Shown: positions 26,575-37,996, numbered from the whole stretch's first letter. The stretch: DNA of 63,842 bases, filler included, from Deltaproteobacteria bacterium (GCA_030698575.1; 9 parts of 9 records of this genome joined end to end with filler, not necessarily neighbours in it), one strand, 5' to 3'. A program made the numbers and translations. The notes: generated by a model not told the origin, from the letters alone.

Positions 26575-28125
26575 ATGGGGAGGGAGGTGAGCCGCCGGGG
26601 GTTTCTGAAGGCGGCAGGGGCCGCAAGCGGGGCCGCGTTGCTGGCAGGGTGCAGCGCGGGTGACCTGCCGCTGGACGGCGCGGATTTCCCAAGCCTCGAC
26701 AAGGGCGAATCATTTGTCGGGCTCGCCACCTCGCTCACGAAGGAGCTCGACTACCCCGCCCTGGTCGAGGGTCAGATATCGCGCGACCTCCAGGGCACGC
26801 TCTACCGGAACGGCCCCGGCCTGTTCGACCGCAACGGGCTTCGCAAGCGATGCATTCTCGACGGCGACGGGATGGTGCAGGCGATTCGCATTAGCAACGG
26901 CAAGGCGCGATTCCAGAACCGGTTCGTCCGGACGGAGAAGTTCCTGAAAGAGGAGGCCAGCGGCCGCTTCCAGTATGAAACCTGGACGACCCAGCGGCCA
27001 GGCGGCTGGCTCGTGAACATCGGCGCCAATATAGGCAACCAGGCCGGGGTGACGGTCATCCGCCGCGGCGACCACCTCTACGCCTTCGACGAGAGCGCCC
27101 AGCCCTACGAGCTGAACCCCGACACGCTCGAGACGGTGGGCCTGAGCCGCCTCGGGCTTCCCGATGACAAGGCGGTGTTCGCCGCCCACTGGAAGGTCGA
27201 CGGCGCCACCGGCGACTGGATTCACTTCGGCATCGAGTACGGCTCCGAGTCGAAGCTGCACGTGACCACATTTGATCGCGACGGGCGGCTCGCGCGCCAC
27301 CGGGTGCTCGAGATGCCGCGCGAAACCTACATGCACGACTTCTTCGTGTCGCAGCGTCACATCATCTTCAACCTGCTCGCCGTCGATGTCTCCGTCTTCT
27401 CCTTCGCGCTCGGAACCAGCAGCTTCGCCGGCACCTTCCACTATCGGGACCACTACGGAAACATCCTGCTCATCATCGAGCGGGAGGGCGACGCCGAGCC
27501 GGTGCGGATCGAGACCGAGTCTGCGTGGATGTGGCACACACTGAACGCGTACGAGGAGGCCGACGAGATCATCGCCGACTTCGTGGGTTACAAGGATGCC
27601 AAGCACTTCATCGGAAAGGATCCGGGACTCTACGCCATCATGGAAGGGCGGATGGGGGAATGGGGGGCGCCCGGGCAGATCAGGCGCTACGTGATCAATC
27701 TGAAGAAGAAACGCGTCAAGACCGAGGTGCTCGACCGGGGAAACCACGAGTTCCCCATCGTCAATCCCCGGCTGGCCTGCAACCGCCACCGCTACGGCTA
27801 CTTCGCCGCAACCGGAAGCAACGAGATCCTCTACTCGAGCATCATCCGCGTCGACATGGAGTCCGGCGAGACCGAGTCCTATGATTTCGGCAAAGGGCAC
27901 TATTGCGGGGAGCCGGTGTTCGCCCCCCGCCCCTACTACTGGTACGCCGACGATCCGAAGCGCGAGCCCGGCTGGATTCTCACCGAGGTTTACAGCAGCC
28001 ACACCCGCAACAGCTACATCGCCATCCTCGACGCCGAGGGACTCTTCCAGGGCCCGCAGGCGATCATCCATCTCGATCACCACGTCCCATTGAGTTTTCA
28101 CGGCTACTGGCACGCAGGGGCCTGA
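26575..28125 (+). CDS. Carotenoid oxygenase / RPE65-family dioxygenase with Tat signal and lipobox
   Basis: SRRGFLK..LLAGC; GTLYRNGPG, DGDGM, four Fe-ligand His (AAHWK, YMHDF, MWHTL, SFHGYW), EFP and GEPVF. Confidence 0.92.
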   Translation: MGREVSRRGFLKAAGAASGAALLAGCSAGDLPLDGADFPSLDKGESFVGLATSLTKELDYPALVEGQISRDLQGTLYRNGPGLFDRNGLRKRCILDGDGMVQAIRISNGKARFQNRFVRTEKFLKEEASGRFQYETWTTQRPGGWLVNIGANIGNQAGVTVIRRGDHLYAFDESAQPYELNPDTLETVGLSRLGLPDDKAVFAAHWKVDGATGDWIHFGIEYGSESKLHVTTFDRDGRLARHRVLEMPRETYMHDFFVSQRHIIFNLLAVDVSVFSFALGTSSFAGTFHYRDHYGNILLIIEREGDAEPVRIETESAWMWHTLNAYEEADEIIADFVGYKDAKHFIGKDPGLYAIMEGRMGEWGAPGQIRRYVINLKKKRVKTEVLDRGNHEFPIVNPRLACNRHRYGYFAATGSNEILYSSIIRVDMESGETESYDFGKGHYCGEPVFAPRPYYWYADDPKREPGWILTEVYSSHTRNSYIAILDAEGLFQGPQAIIHLDHHVPLSFHGYWHAGA

Positions 28126-28153
28126 GGTCCCCGCGCCCCGACTCCTCGCCGCC

Positions 28154-28234
28154 TGTCATTGCGAGGAGCGAAGCGACGAAGCAGTCTCCCGGCTGCATGT
28201 CACTGCGAGGAGCGAAGCGACGAAGCAGTCCCCC
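28154..28234 (+). repeat. Two tandem GTCA(T/C)TGCGAGGAGCGAAGCGACGAAGCA REP-like elements
   Basis: Copies at 28154-28190 and 28198-28234; the contig breaks here. Confidence 0.85.
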
Positions 28235-28334
28235 NNNNNNNNNNNNNNNNNNNNNNNNNNNNNNNNNNNNNNNNNNNNTTAATTAATTAANNNNNNNNNN
28301 NNNNNNNNNNNNNNNNNNNNNNNNNNNNNNNNNN

Positions 28335-29701
28335 TGAATGCCCGCCTCGTCGGCGGCGGTTCCGGGCTTCACTTCCGCCACCCCCACGGCCGTCTGCTTC
28401 TCGAGTCCCAGCCGCTCCGCCTGCGACTCGTCAAGCTCCTTGACCTTGAGGCCGACCGCGTCCACCTTGGGCGAGGGGTCGGCTTTCGCCTGCCGCTCAT
28501 CCTTCATCTCGTCGACCATCACCGAAACTGACTTTTCCTTCCCGTCGCGGAGAAGCTTGATCTCTACCTCGGTGCCGGGATCCACCTCGGCCACCATGGC
28601 CGGCAGGTTGTGGAAATCACCGACTTCTTCGCCCTTGAACTCGATGATCACGTCACGCCGCTTGATCCCGGCCTTGTCCGCCGGTCCGCCCTTCATGACG
28701 TCCGCCACGAGGGCACCCTTGGCATCCTCGAGCCCGAGGCTCTCGGCGATAGCCGGATCGATGCGCTGGATCGAAACGCCCATCCAGCCGCGCACCACCT
28801 TTCCCGACTTCTTGAGTTGCGCGAGGACCTTCCGCGCCATGTTCACCGGCGTTGCGAAGCCGATCCCCTGGCCCTGCGCGACGATCGCGGTGTTGATGCC
28901 CACGACCTCGCCCCGGATGTTGAACAGCGGCCCGCCGGAGTTTCCCGGGTTGATCGAGGCGTCGGTCTGGATGAAGTCGTCGTAGGGACCCGAATTGAGC
29001 ACACGCCCCTTCGCGCTCACGATGCCCGCCGTGACGGTGTGGCCGAGGCCGAAGGGATTGCCGATGGCCATCACCCACTCCCCGATCTCGAGTTCGTCCG
29101 AGTTCCCCAGCGTGGCCTCGGGCAGATCGCCCTTTGGCTCGATTTGGATGAGCGCCACGTCCGTCTTGGGATCCATGCCCTTGACCTTCGCGGGATAGAC
29201 GCTCCCGTCAGAGGTGGTCACCTTGATGTCGTCGGCCTTTTCGATCACGTGGTTGTTGGTGACGACGAGTCCCGATTTATCGATGATGAACCCCGAACCG
29301 AGGCTCGTCTGCTTGCGCATTCCCTGTGGAAGGTTCTCGAAAAATCGCTCGAAGAACTCCCCGAAGGGGTTTTCTCCCTCGGGGCCGGAGAAGGGGGTGT
29401 GGAACTGCTGCATTTGGGAGCCTTCGAAGCTCCGCGAGGTGCTGATGTTCACAACCACCGGGTTCAGCTCCTTCGCCAGGGTGACGAAGGGGGGAACCTC
29501 CACGATCTGCAGCGGCCCGTTCCCCCGCCGCTCCGACGGGGGCGCCTCGCGCTTCTCGGCTTTCGTCGCCCGTTCGCGCTTGGGCTCGGATCTGGAATCG
29601 TCTCGAGGCTTGCAGGCCGGCCCGAGAATGAGGAAGACGGACAGAAGTATCGCCGGAACGGCCGCTACCGGGCCGCCCGGGGGCAGGAAGCGCATGCGCA
29701 T
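28335..29701 (-). CDS. degP: Do/DegP/DegQ-family serine endoprotease with two PDZ domains, 3'-truncated
   Basis: GSGFII, TNNHV, DVALI and QTDASINPGNSGGPL catalytic-triad motifs. Confidence 0.9.
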
Positions 29702-29749
29702 GAAACGGTGACCTCCGGTTCTCGCAGGCCCGCAATCCGGACCCGCTGT

Positions 29750-30781
29750 TCAATAGTCGAGCAACTCGCGGAAGATCTCCATCTCGTCCAGGGCCTTGCC
29801 CGCCCCCAGCACCACGCAGTGCATGGGGTTTTCGGCCAGGATGACGGGAAGCCCGGTCTTCTCCCGTAACAGCGCGGGGAGATTCCGCAGCAGCGCGCCT
29901 CCGCCAGCCAGAACAATTCCGCGGTCGACGATGTCGGCGCTGAGTTCCGGCGGCGCCTTTTCGAGGGTGAGGGCGACCGCCTCGACCATTGCGGCAAGCG
30001 GCTCGGCAAGCGCCTCTCGCACCTCGTCCGCGTTGACGAGGACGGTCTTCGGCACGCCGTCGATGAGGTCTCTCCCCTTCACTTCCATCTCTCGCGGATC
30101 GTCATCGGGGAAGGCGGAGCCGATCTCGATCTTCACCTGTTCGGCGGTTTGCTCGCCGATGAGCAGGTTGTATTTCTTCTTGATGTGGCTGGCGATGGCT
30201 TCGTCCATCTTGTCGCCGGCGACGCGCACGCTTCTTGCCTGGACGATCCCGCCCAGGGAGATGACCGCGACCTCGGTCGTTCCCCCGCCGATGTCCACGA
30301 TCATGTTGCCAGACGGCTCCGTGACGGGCAGGCCGGCGCCGATCGCCGAGGCCACGGGCTCTTCGATGAGATACACCTCGCGGGCCCCTGCCGATTCCGC
30401 CGATTCGCGAACCGCGCGCTTCTCGACGGGGGTGATGTTGGAAGGGACCGCGATGATGATTCGCGGCCGTACGAAGCTCGAGCGATCGTGGGCCTTGCGG
30501 ATGAAGTACCGGAGCATCGCCTCGGTGACCTCGAAATCCGCGATGACCCCGTCACGGATGGGGCGGATCGCCTGAATCGTGGACGGCGTGCGTCCGAGCA
30601 TCTCCTTCGCTTCGCGGCCGACCGCAAGAACCTTCTGCGCTCCGCGCTCGCCCACCCGGACCGCCACAACCGAGGGTTCGCTGCAAACCACCCCCTCGCC
30701 CTTGGCGAACACGAGGGTATTGGCGGTCCCGAGATCAATGGCGAGGTCGCGTGAGATGAGACCGAGAAACCGGTTGAGCAT
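29750..30781 (-). CDS. mreB: Rod shape-determining protein MreB
   Basis: [27 protein letters not shown] and LAGGGALL motifs. Confidence 0.96.
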   Translation of the reverse strand: MLNRFLGLISRDLAIDLGTANTLVFAKGEGVVCSEPSVVAVRVGERGAQKVLAVGREAKEMLGRTPSTIQAIRPIRDGVIADFEVTEAMLRYFIRKAHDRSSFVRPRIIIAVPSNITPVEKRAVRESAESAGAREVYLIEEPVASAIGAGLPVTEPSGNMIVDIGGGTTEVAVISLGGIVQARSVRVAGDKMDEAIASHIKKKYNLLIGEQTAEQVKIEIGSAFPDDDPREMEVKGRDLIDGVPKTVLVNADEVREALAEPLAAMVEAVALTLEKAPPELSADIVDRGIVLAGGGALLRNLPALLREKTGLPVILAENPMHCVVLGAGKALDEMEIFRELLDY

Positions 30782-30964
30782 CGCTACGCCCGTCCCGACC
30801 AGCAGGCCCCTCGGAGGCGGGGGGAGGACTGTGTCGAATTGGAGGGATGGAAAGTGAGCCGGCGCCCCGCAGGGCGCCGCCCGAGCCTGGCCCCGGCCCG
30901 GCCAGAGATTGACCAGTGGTTGAGATGTTAAGAGGGGTCCGGGCCTGCTGTCAACACGCGCGGT

Positions 30965-32329
30965 TCAAAGGCCCAGGTACTCGAGGGCAAGGGTGGCCAG
31001 CCCGAGGAATGAAAAGTACCCGAAAGCGTCGGTGAAGGTCGTTACGATGATCCCCGACGCCACCGCGGGATCGATCCTCATCCTCTTGAGAACCACCGGC
31101 GTGAGCGTCCCGACAGTGCCTGCCACGAACATGTTCGCGATAAGCGCAAGGCCGATCACGCATCCAAGCATCCAGTCGCCCCGCCAGAGGTAGGTGCCGA
31201 TCTCCATTACCGTGCCGACGGCGACGCCGTTGGCCAGGGCCACGAGCGATTCATTCGCCAGCGCGCGCCAGATATTGTTCCAGCCGACCTCGCCCATCGC
31301 GATCCCCCGCGTGATGAGCGTGAGCGTCTGCATGCCCGTGTTGCCCCCGAGCATCGCAACGACCGGAAGAAAGACCGCCAGCGTGACCATCCGGGAGATG
31401 GTGTCCTCGAACAGCGCCACGATGCTGACGGCGATAAGCGCTGTCGCGAGATTGATGTAGAGCCAGGGAAGGCGTTTGCGCACGCTTTGGGAGGGGGGGC
31501 AGAAAATCCGGTCGTCTTCGTCCACCCCGCTCATCAGCAGCATGTCCTCGATCGATTCTTCCTCGAGGACGTCCACGACGTCGTCCACCGTGATACTGCC
31601 GACCAGCCGGCCGCCGGCGTTCACCACCGGGAGCGACACGAGATTGTATTTCTTGAAGATGCTTGCCACCTCTTCCTGATCGACGCCGGTTTCGACCCTC
31701 ACCGGATCCAGGTTCATGGCCTTGCGAATGGGCGTCGCGCCATCCACGAGCAAAAGGCGGCCCAGAGGAATAATGCCGACGAGCCGCCCCTCGCGATCAA
31801 CGACCAAGACGTTGTGGATGTCCTCTACTTCCCCCTGCTGGGCCAGCCCCTGCAGCGCGCGCACGGCCTGCGCCACCGTCCCGTCTTCGGGAATGGCGAG
31901 CAGCTCGCGCTTCATGATGCCGCCGGCGGTGTCCTCGGGATAGCGGAGAAGCTCGGTGACCGTCTCCATCTCCTCGCGCCCCATGTTCCGGAGCACGAGT
32001 GCAGCCGTCTCGCGCGGTAGTTCGGCGATCAGGTCCGCGGCGTCATCCGATTCCATCTCGCCGGCGATCTCCGCCAGGCGCGCGGGGCTGGTCTCTTCGA
32101 GAATCTCCTCGCGGCTCGGATCGTTCAATTCGACGAGCACATCCGCAGCGGTTTCGGGATCAAGCAGCTCGAAGACCCGCCGCTTCAGCGTCTCGGGAAG
32201 CGGCTCGATGGCGTCGGCGATGTCCGCGGGGTGCCGCTCCTCGATAAGGCGCAGGACCGCCTTCGGGTCGTCTGCGGCAAGCGCCGCCTCGACCCGACCG
32301 GCGTCGATCTCATGGTGATTGCGCGTCAT
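30965..32329 (-). CDS. mgtE: Magnesium transporter MgtE
   Basis: HPADIAD, YPEDTAGGIM, CBS pair, RLPWL, GGNTG and DPAVAS..TTFTD motifs. Confidence 0.95.
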   Translation of the reverse strand: MTRNHHEIDAGRVEAALAADDPKAVLRLIEERHPADIADAIEPLPETLKRRVFELLDPETAADVLVELNDPSREEILEETSPARLAEIAGEMESDDAADLIAELPRETAALVLRNMGREEMETVTELLRYPEDTAGGIMKRELLAIPEDGTVAQAVRALQGLAQQGEVEDIHNVLVVDREGRLVGIIPLGRLLLVDGATPIRKAMNLDPVRVETGVDQEEVASIFKKYNLVSLPVVNAGGRLVGSITVDDVVDVLEEESIEDMLLMSGVDEDDRIFCPPSQSVRKRLPWLYINLATALIAVSIVALFEDTISRMVTLAVFLPVVAMLGGNTGMQTLTLITRGIAMGEVGWNNIWRALANESLVALANGVAVGTVMEIGTYLWRGDWMLGCVIGLALIANMFVAGTVGTLTPVVLKRMRIDPAVASGIIVTTFTDAFGYFSFLGLATLALEYLGL

Positions 32330-33513
32330 CGAAGCGCTTCCTCGCGGTCGGCGTGCAGATCATAATAGAGGAGCTTCCCGCCCGCGGTGATCACCGCAAG
32401 GCGATCTCCCTTGTCCGAGAGGGCGTACTCGACCACATCGGCGCCGAAGCGCACGCGCGCGATGACGCCTCCGTGGCTGTCCCAGCCCAGCATCGTAGGC
32501 TGGCCCTCGTCCTGCAGCGTGGCGAAAACGCGATCACCGGAACGGCTGATCCGCACACGAACCGGCTCGCGTGCGGGACGATCGAGCTGAAACTTCCAGC
32601 TGAGCGTCCCTTCGCCGTCATACACGTACACCCTCTGACCGAGGACCGTGTTGTTTCCCATCGCCGCGATGGCGCCATTCTCACTGAGGGCGATCGTGTC
32701 GGTGCCGCCGGGTACGCCGGCGGCCCAGATTTCTTTTCCGGCACGATCGTAGACCGCCACGCTTTCTCCCTCGATCCCGGTGCCGACGGCAATCGTGGGG
32801 TCCTCGCCCGGGGCCAGGGCCACCGTTCCCACCAGCACACCGATTTCCTTCCGCCAGAGCAGGCGTCCGCGTCCGTCGAGCACAATCACGTTGCCCGCCG
32901 AGGTCAGCGCGGCGACCGTCCCGGCGTCCTCCGCGATAGCCATGTCCCAGATTCCGCCGGGATCATCGAAGGACCACAGCCGTCGCCCCCGACCGTCCAG
33001 TGCCTCTATGGCGATCCCGCCGACCGACTCCTCACCCGAGTTCCAGCAGACGATCCGATCTCCCGAACGGGAGATTTCCGGAAGTCCGGCGCAGGTCCCG
33101 TCCCACTGCCTCTCGCCATGGGCGTTCCAGGCGAGGAGCGTCCCGTCCACGAGGGTGGCCACGATGCGCGAGCCGTCGCCCGCGACCGCGATGCGCAGGA
33201 GCCGCCTGTCGAGGGGTTCCTCCCAGAGCACCGTCCCCTCGCCGTCCAGCGCGTAGATGTGATCCTCGCCCCGCTCCTTCACGTCAGGGGCTGTTCCAAC
33301 AACCATCAGGGCCGTCTGCGCGTCAGCGCCGAGCGCAAGCATCTCTCCGTGGAACTTCCGGTTCCAGGTGGGACGCCTCTCCGCCCTCTCGGCCTCCTGG
33401 GTCTCGGGATTGCAGGCCCCAAGTCCCGACAGAACGGCGACCAGCACCGCCGCGAGGGTCCGGCTGCGCCGGCCCGGGCGCGCTCCAAACTGAAAGGCGG
33501 GCTGCTGAATAAC
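32326..33513 (-). CDS. PQQ/WD40-like beta-propeller lipoprotein (start uncertain)
   Basis: LGAC lipobox; repeated D..G..LW blade motifs. Confidence 0.75.
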   Translation of the reverse strand, partial: VIQQPAFQFGARPGRRSRTLAAVLVAVLSGLGACNPETQEAERAERRPTWNRKFHGEMLALGADAQTALMVVGTAPDVKERGEDHIYALDGEGTVLWEEPLDRRLLRIAVAGDGSRIVATLVDGTLLAWNAHGERQWDGTCAGLPEISRSGDRIVCWNSGEESVGGIAIEALDGRGRRLWSFDDPGGIWDMAIAEDAGTVAALTSAGNVIVLDGRGRLLWRKEIGVLVGTVALAPGEDPTIAVGTGIEGESVAVYDRAGKEIWAAGVPGGTDTIALSENGAIAAMGNNTVLGQRVYVYDGEGTLSWKFQLDRPAREPVRVRISRSGDRVFATLQDEGQPTMLGWDSHGGVIARVRFGADVVEYALSDKGDRLAVITAGGKLLYYDLHADREEALR

Positions 33514-33638
33514 CGGTTCCTTTCGGCGGCTGGTCGATGGGTCGTCGGTGGCTGGCCCGGAACAAAACCGCGCGCGGACCGCAGGTGGGCCGCATTCAAG
33601 TTCGGGCGAAGCCCCGGCCAGGGGTGGCAAAGGGAGGG

Positions 33639-33689
33639 AAAAAAGGAAAGCGCCTCCGTGCGCCCGGGGTCTGGGGCGAGCGGAGGCGC
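33639..33689 (-). terminator. Probable intrinsic terminator after dksA-pdaD
   Basis: GCGCCTCCG..CGGAGGCGC stem followed by TTTCCTTTTTT on the minus strand. Confidence 0.6.
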
Positions 33690-33778
33690 GTCGCAGGGAA
33701 TGGCCAGCCGCGCCCTGCTCTGCGGCCAGGCCAGGCCAAAGGGTCCATCGTTCGCGAGGAGGCGTGGAAAAGTGGCCG

Positions 33779-34324
33779 CTAGGGGACCAGGATCGCCCCG
33801 GCGACGACAGTGGTCCACTTGCCGCCCTTGTCGCCGATTGCCGACTGCGTGACGTTGTATGTCTTCACGATCTCGCTCGAGATGGACCAGATGTCCTTGC
33901 GCTCGTCGTAGCTCTTGTTCGGATCGAAGTCCACGCCCAGCACCGTCGCCAGCATTTCCGCCGCCAGGTCTTCGGTGTAGTCGCCGGCCTTCTTCTCCGT
34001 CTCGCCGAAGCTGTGATGCTCCGAGAGATAGCCGTATTGCGAGTCGTCCTTCGGAAGAGCGAGACCGACGCCCGCCGCGAGAAGACGGTGGGGCTCGTTG
34101 GTCGCATTCTCGCTCAGCACGCAGTAGACAATCTGCCCGTCCGAGAGAAAGGGCAACCCGTCACGGGCCGAGACCAGCTTGCACTTGGGCGGGAAGATGC
34201 TCGAGACGCGGACCAGATTGTACTGCGCGATCTTGGCGTCTCTGAGCGCCAGCTCGAAGCTGGAGAGCTTCTCCCGATGCCTCCCAACTCCCTTCGTCAG
34301 AAAGATCTTGGATGCGACGAACAA
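33779..34324 (-). CDS. pdaD: Pyruvoyl-dependent arginine decarboxylase
   Basis: SFELALRDAKIAQYNLVRVS|SIFPP self-cleavage motif and YGYLSEHH; TTG start after GGGAGG. Confidence 0.9.
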   Translation of the reverse strand: MFVASKIFLTKGVGRHREKLSSFELALRDAKIAQYNLVRVSSIFPPKCKLVSARDGLPFLSDGQIVYCVLSENATNEPHRLLAAGVGLALPKDDSQYGYLSEHHSFGETEKKAGDYTEDLAAEMLATVLGVDFDPNKSYDERKDIWSISSEIVKTYNVTQSAIGDKGGKWTTVVAGAILVP

Positions 34325-34421
34325 ACTCTCTCCCTCCCTGTTGGTGGGCCGGCCTGATGAATCCCGGCGCCATTGCCTGATGCCCGATCGCGCGGCCCGC
34401 GCCGAGCCAGCGAACTCTCCC

Positions 34422-34844
34422 TCAATCGTTGCTTGATGCGAGCGGCTTGATCGGAAACCGGTCGTCCTCGTCCTCACGACGGCCCGCGCCGCGCTTTTCA
34501 AGCTCTTCCTGCTCTTCCTTGCACCTGATGCACAGCGTCGTCATCGGCCGCGCCTGGAGGCGGGCCATCTGGATCGCCTCGCCACACTCGTCGCAGGTGC
34601 CGAAGCTTCCGTCCTCGATCCGCGACAGCGCCTCGTCGATCTTGCCCACCAGATGGCGCTCGCGCTCCCGAATCTCGACATTCAGGTTCAGATTCAAATC
34701 GCTCGTGGCGAGATCGACGATATCGGGCACGTCATCCGCATCGATCGTCACGTTGCGATCCGCCGTCCGGAGGGCGTTCTGCAGGATGCGCTTCTTCTCC
34801 TCGGTCAGGAGAGTCTTGAACTTCCCGAGGTCTCGCTTCCTCAA
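34422..34844 (-). CDS. dksA: DksA/TraR C4 zinc-finger protein
   Basis: DIVDLA (DxxDxA) coiled-coil tip and GTCDECGEAI..RLQARP..LCIRCKE. Confidence 0.9.
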   Translation of the reverse strand: MRKRDLGKFKTLLTEEKKRILQNALRTADRNVTIDADDVPDIVDLATSDLNLNLNVEIRERERHLVGKIDEALSRIEDGSFGTCDECGEAIQMARLQARPMTTLCIRCKEEQEELEKRGAGRREDEDDRFPIKPLASSND

Positions 34845-34968
34845 AACCTTCTCCTCGAGGCACCCTACCCCCCCACGCGCGGCCAGAGGGCGCGGGACCA
34901 GTGTGGGCTTTCATGTCAGGGGTTGCCTGGGCACGGGCCGGCGTACCGAGGCGCGATCAAGGTGGGCC

Positions 34969-34998
34969 ACTATATAAACGAGCTTCGCGGGTTGTCAA
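34969..34998 (-). promoter_or_regulatory. Sigma70-like promoter TTGACA-N18-TATAGT upstream of dksA
   Basis: Near-consensus hexamers in an AT-rich patch. Confidence 0.6.
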
Positions 34999-35040
34999 CA
35001 ATTATGGGGCCCAAAACGCGGCCAGGCGGCGAAGATTCTC

Positions 35041-37494
35041 TCAGGAGAGAACCGGCCGGACTACCGGGCCCGGGCGGCTTGCCGGCGAAGGCTGGGTCGA
35101 CCGCTCGGCCCCATCCTCGAGCGCAAGGGCTAGCACTTCGTCGAGCCGCTCCACCGGATGGAAGGTCATCTCTGAACGCACCGACTCGGGGAGCTCGGCA
35201 AGATCCTTTTCGTTTCTGAGCGGCAGGATCACGCGCTTTATCCCCGCCCGCCGCGCCGCGAGCATCTTCTCCTTGATGCCGCCCACCGGCAGGACCTTGC
35301 CGCGGAGAGTGATTTCGCCGGTCATCGCGACGTCCGAGCGCACACGCCTGCCGGTCAGTAGCGAGACGATCGAGCTGACCATGGTCACGCCCGCCGAGGG
35401 CCCGTCCTTGGGAATGGCGCCTGCCGGCACGTGGATGTGCAGGTCAGTGGTCGCGAAGAAATCAGGATCGATGCCGAGCGCCTCGGCGTTCGACCGCACA
35501 TAGGAAAGCGCGGCCTCGGCCGACTCCTTCATCACATCGCCGAGCTGCCCCGTGAGCTTGAGGGACTTCTTGCCCGGCGCCTGGCTCGACTCGACAAACA
35601 GAATGTCGCCACCCTGCGGGGTCCAGGCCAGGCCGATCGCCACCCCCGGCGCCTGCATGCGCTCGACACGCTCGTTCCAGTACTTCGGGGGGCCGAGAAG
35701 GGTCTCGATCTCTCCCGCTCCTATATGCACCGTCTGCGCCTCATCCTCGGCAATCCGGCGTGCGGCCTTGCGGCAGAGCGACGCCAGCTCGCGCTCGAGG
35801 TTTCTGAGGCCCGCCTCGCGGGTGTATTGCGACACGGCGCGCTCGACGGCTGCGTCCTCGATGGTCAACTGTTCCGCCGTCAGGCCGTGCTCACGCAGGA
35901 GTTTCGGGATCAGGTGGGTCTTCGCGATCTCCAGCTTTTCCTCGGCCGTGTAACCGGGCAGCTCCAGCACCTCCATCCGGTCGCGGAGGGCCGGCGCGAT
36001 CGGGTCGAGCAGGTTGGCGGTCGTGATGAACAGCACTTTCGACAGATCGAAGGGCACTTCGAGATAGTGATCCGAAAAGCTGTTGTTCTGCTCGGGGTCG
36101 AGCACTTCGAGGAGCGCCGAGGCGGGATCGCCCCTGAAGTCGGTCCCGACCTTGTCTATCTCGTCGAGCACCACGACGGGATTGGCGTTCTCCGCCTTGC
36201 GGAGGCCCTGGAGAATGCGCCCCGGAAGCGCGCCGACGTAAGTGCGACGGTGCCCGCGGATCTCGGCCTCGTCATGGACGCCGCCCAGCGAAAGGCGGAC
36301 GAACTTCCGCCCCAGCGCCCGGGCGATCGAGCGGCCAAGGCTCGTCTTACCGGTGCCCGGCGGGCCGACGAAGCAGAGGATCGGCCCTTTCATGTCGAGC
36401 TTGAGCTTCCGGACGGCCAAGTACTCGAGTATCCGATCCTTCACCCGCTCGAGATCGTAGTGATCTTCGTCCAGCACCTGGCGAGCATGCGCGATGTCGA
36501 GGTTGTCCTCCGTGCGCTTGCTCCAGGGCATGCTGACCATCCAGTCGAGGTAGGTGCGGATTACACCGTACTCACCCGCCCCCGGCGGCAGCCGGCGGAG
36601 CTTTTCCAGCTCCTTGCCTGAAGCGCGGCGGGCCTCCTCGGGCATCTGCGCCTCGTCGATCTTCTGCTGGATTTCCTGGAATTCATTCTCGCGCTCGTCG
36701 CCCTCACCCAGTTCTTTCTGGATCGCCTTGAGCTGCTCGCGGAGCAGGTAGTCCCGCTGGCTCTTGCTCATCTCCGACTGGACCTGTTCCTGGATCTGGG
36801 ACTCGACGCGCGTCAGCTCCAGCTCGCGCCCGATCACTTTCACCATCTGCTCGAGCCTCCGCCTGACCTCGAGCGTCTCGAGGGCGAGCTGCTTCTGTTC
36901 GAGGGGAATGTCGAGGCTCGAGGCCGCCAGATCGGCCAGTCGCCCGGGGGAGCTGATGTTCCCCACGAGCACCTGCAGCTCCTGCGGGAGTGACGAGGAG
37001 GCCTCGATGAGCTTCTGAAACTGCGACGACAGGTGCCTGAAGAGGGCCTGCGTTTCGATGGAGTCGTCCTCGATCTCATCGACGGGAGTCACACGTGCGC
37101 GAAGATAAGGGTCCCGTGCCACGATCTCGCCCACCCGGAATCGGCGGTAACCCTGCACCAGCAGCCGGAGGGTTCCATCGGGAAACTTGAGCATCTTGAG
37201 GATGCGTCCGATGGTCCCGGTTTCGTGCAGAACTTCGGGATCCGTGGGCGCGCCTTCGGGGTCCTTCATCGTCACGAGCCCCACGATGCGGTCGCCCACC
37301 ATCGCGTCGTCGACGATCTTCTTCGACGAGTCGCTCACGACGATGATCGGAGTCACGGTGAAGGGGTAGACCACGACGTTTCTGAGCGGAAGGATCGGCG
37401 CCACCTCGGGCACCGGGGCCTCTGTCAGATCCTCGTCCAGATCCACGTCCTTCGACGGGCGGTCCTTTGCATCCCTGGCTTCACGTTCGGTCAT
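35041..37494 (-). CDS. lon: Lon protease
   Basis: LON N-domain, [23 protein letters not shown] and VGGIKEK motifs. Confidence 0.97.
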   Translation of the reverse strand: MTEREARDAKDRPSKDVDLDEDLTEAPVPEVAPILPLRNVVVYPFTVTPIIVVSDSSKKIVDDAMVGDRIVGLVTMKDPEGAPTDPEVLHETGTIGRILKMLKFPDGTLRLLVQGYRRFRVGEIVARDPYLRARVTPVDEIEDDSIETQALFRHLSSQFQKLIEASSSLPQELQVLVGNISSPGRLADLAASSLDIPLEQKQLALETLEVRRRLEQMVKVIGRELELTRVESQIQEQVQSEMSKSQRDYLLREQLKAIQKELGEGDERENEFQEIQQKIDEAQMPEEARRASGKELEKLRRLPPGAGEYGVIRTYLDWMVSMPWSKRTEDNLDIAHARQVLDEDHYDLERVKDRILEYLAVRKLKLDMKGPILCFVGPPGTGKTSLGRSIARALGRKFVRLSLGGVHDEAEIRGHRRTYVGALPGRILQGLRKAENANPVVVLDEIDKVGTDFRGDPASALLEVLDPEQNNSFSDHYLEVPFDLSKVLFITTANLLDPIAPALRDRMEVLELPGYTAEEKLEIAKTHLIPKLLREHGLTAEQLTIEDAAVERAVSQYTREAGLRNLERELASLCRKAARRIAEDEAQTVHIGAGEIETLLGPPKYWNERVERMQAPGVAIGLAWTPQGGDILFVESSQAPGKKSLKLTGQLGDVMKESAEAALSYVRSNAEALGIDPDFFATTDLHIHVPAGAIPKDGPSAGVTMVSSIVSLLTGRRVRSDVAMTGEITLRGKVLPVGGIKEKMLAARRAGIKRVILPLRNEKDLAELPESVRSEMTFHPVERLDEVLALALEDGAERSTQPSPASRPGPVVRPVLS

Positions 37495-37508
37495 CTTCCG
37501 CCTTCCTT

Positions 37509-37547
37509 GGCAATCCGAAATCGGGCAATCCGAAATCGGGCGATCCG
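37509..37547. repeat. 15-bp tandem repeat GGCAATCCGAAATCG (x2.6)
   Basis: Fills most of the hsp20-lon spacer. Confidence 0.8.
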
Positions 37548-37549
37548 GG

Positions 37550-37996
37550 TCACAGGATATCGATTCGTCTCGCCAGATCCTTCTCCTTCTTGGGCAAGAT
37601 TATCTTCAAGAATCCGTTCTCGTGCACCGCCTCGATCCGTTCGCGATCAACGGGGGCAGTTACGCGGATGACGCGCTCGAAGGGTCCGTAATCGATCTCC
37701 ATCTGATGGCAGCGTTTCAGGCCCGCCCGGTATAGCGTGTGCGGGTCCCGTCGCCGGCCCGCGATTCGGAGCAGTTCGCCCTCGTGCTCGATGGTCATCT
37801 CATCGCGGTTCACACCCGCCAGTTCGACGATCACCAGGATGCTCTCCTCGGACTCGAATACGTCGATCGACGGTCGCCACGCGCCGTCATAAGCACTCAT
37901 CAGCGCTGATTTCTCACGAAGCACCCACCCGGCGAGATGGTGCATCCCGAGGCTCGGGCTGTCGATCTCCCAGCCGCTTCCCACGAGAATTCTCAT
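37550..37996 (-). CDS. Hsp20/alpha-crystallin small heat-shock protein
   Basis: [24 protein letters not shown] and [11 protein letters not shown] motifs; ATGA overlap with dnaJ. Confidence 0.92.
   Translation of the reverse strand: MRILVGSGWEIDSPSLGMHHLAGWVLREKSALMSAYDGAWRPSIDVFESEESILVIVELAGVNRDEMTIEHEGELLRIAGRRRDPHTLYRAGLKRCHQMEIDYGPFERVIRVTAPVDRERIEAVHENGFLKIILPKKEKDLARRIDIL

Noticed and set aside
34325-34421. Riboswitch upstream of pdaD
   Set aside because: GC-rich and foldable, but I could not match any known aptamer by eye; needs an Rfam search.
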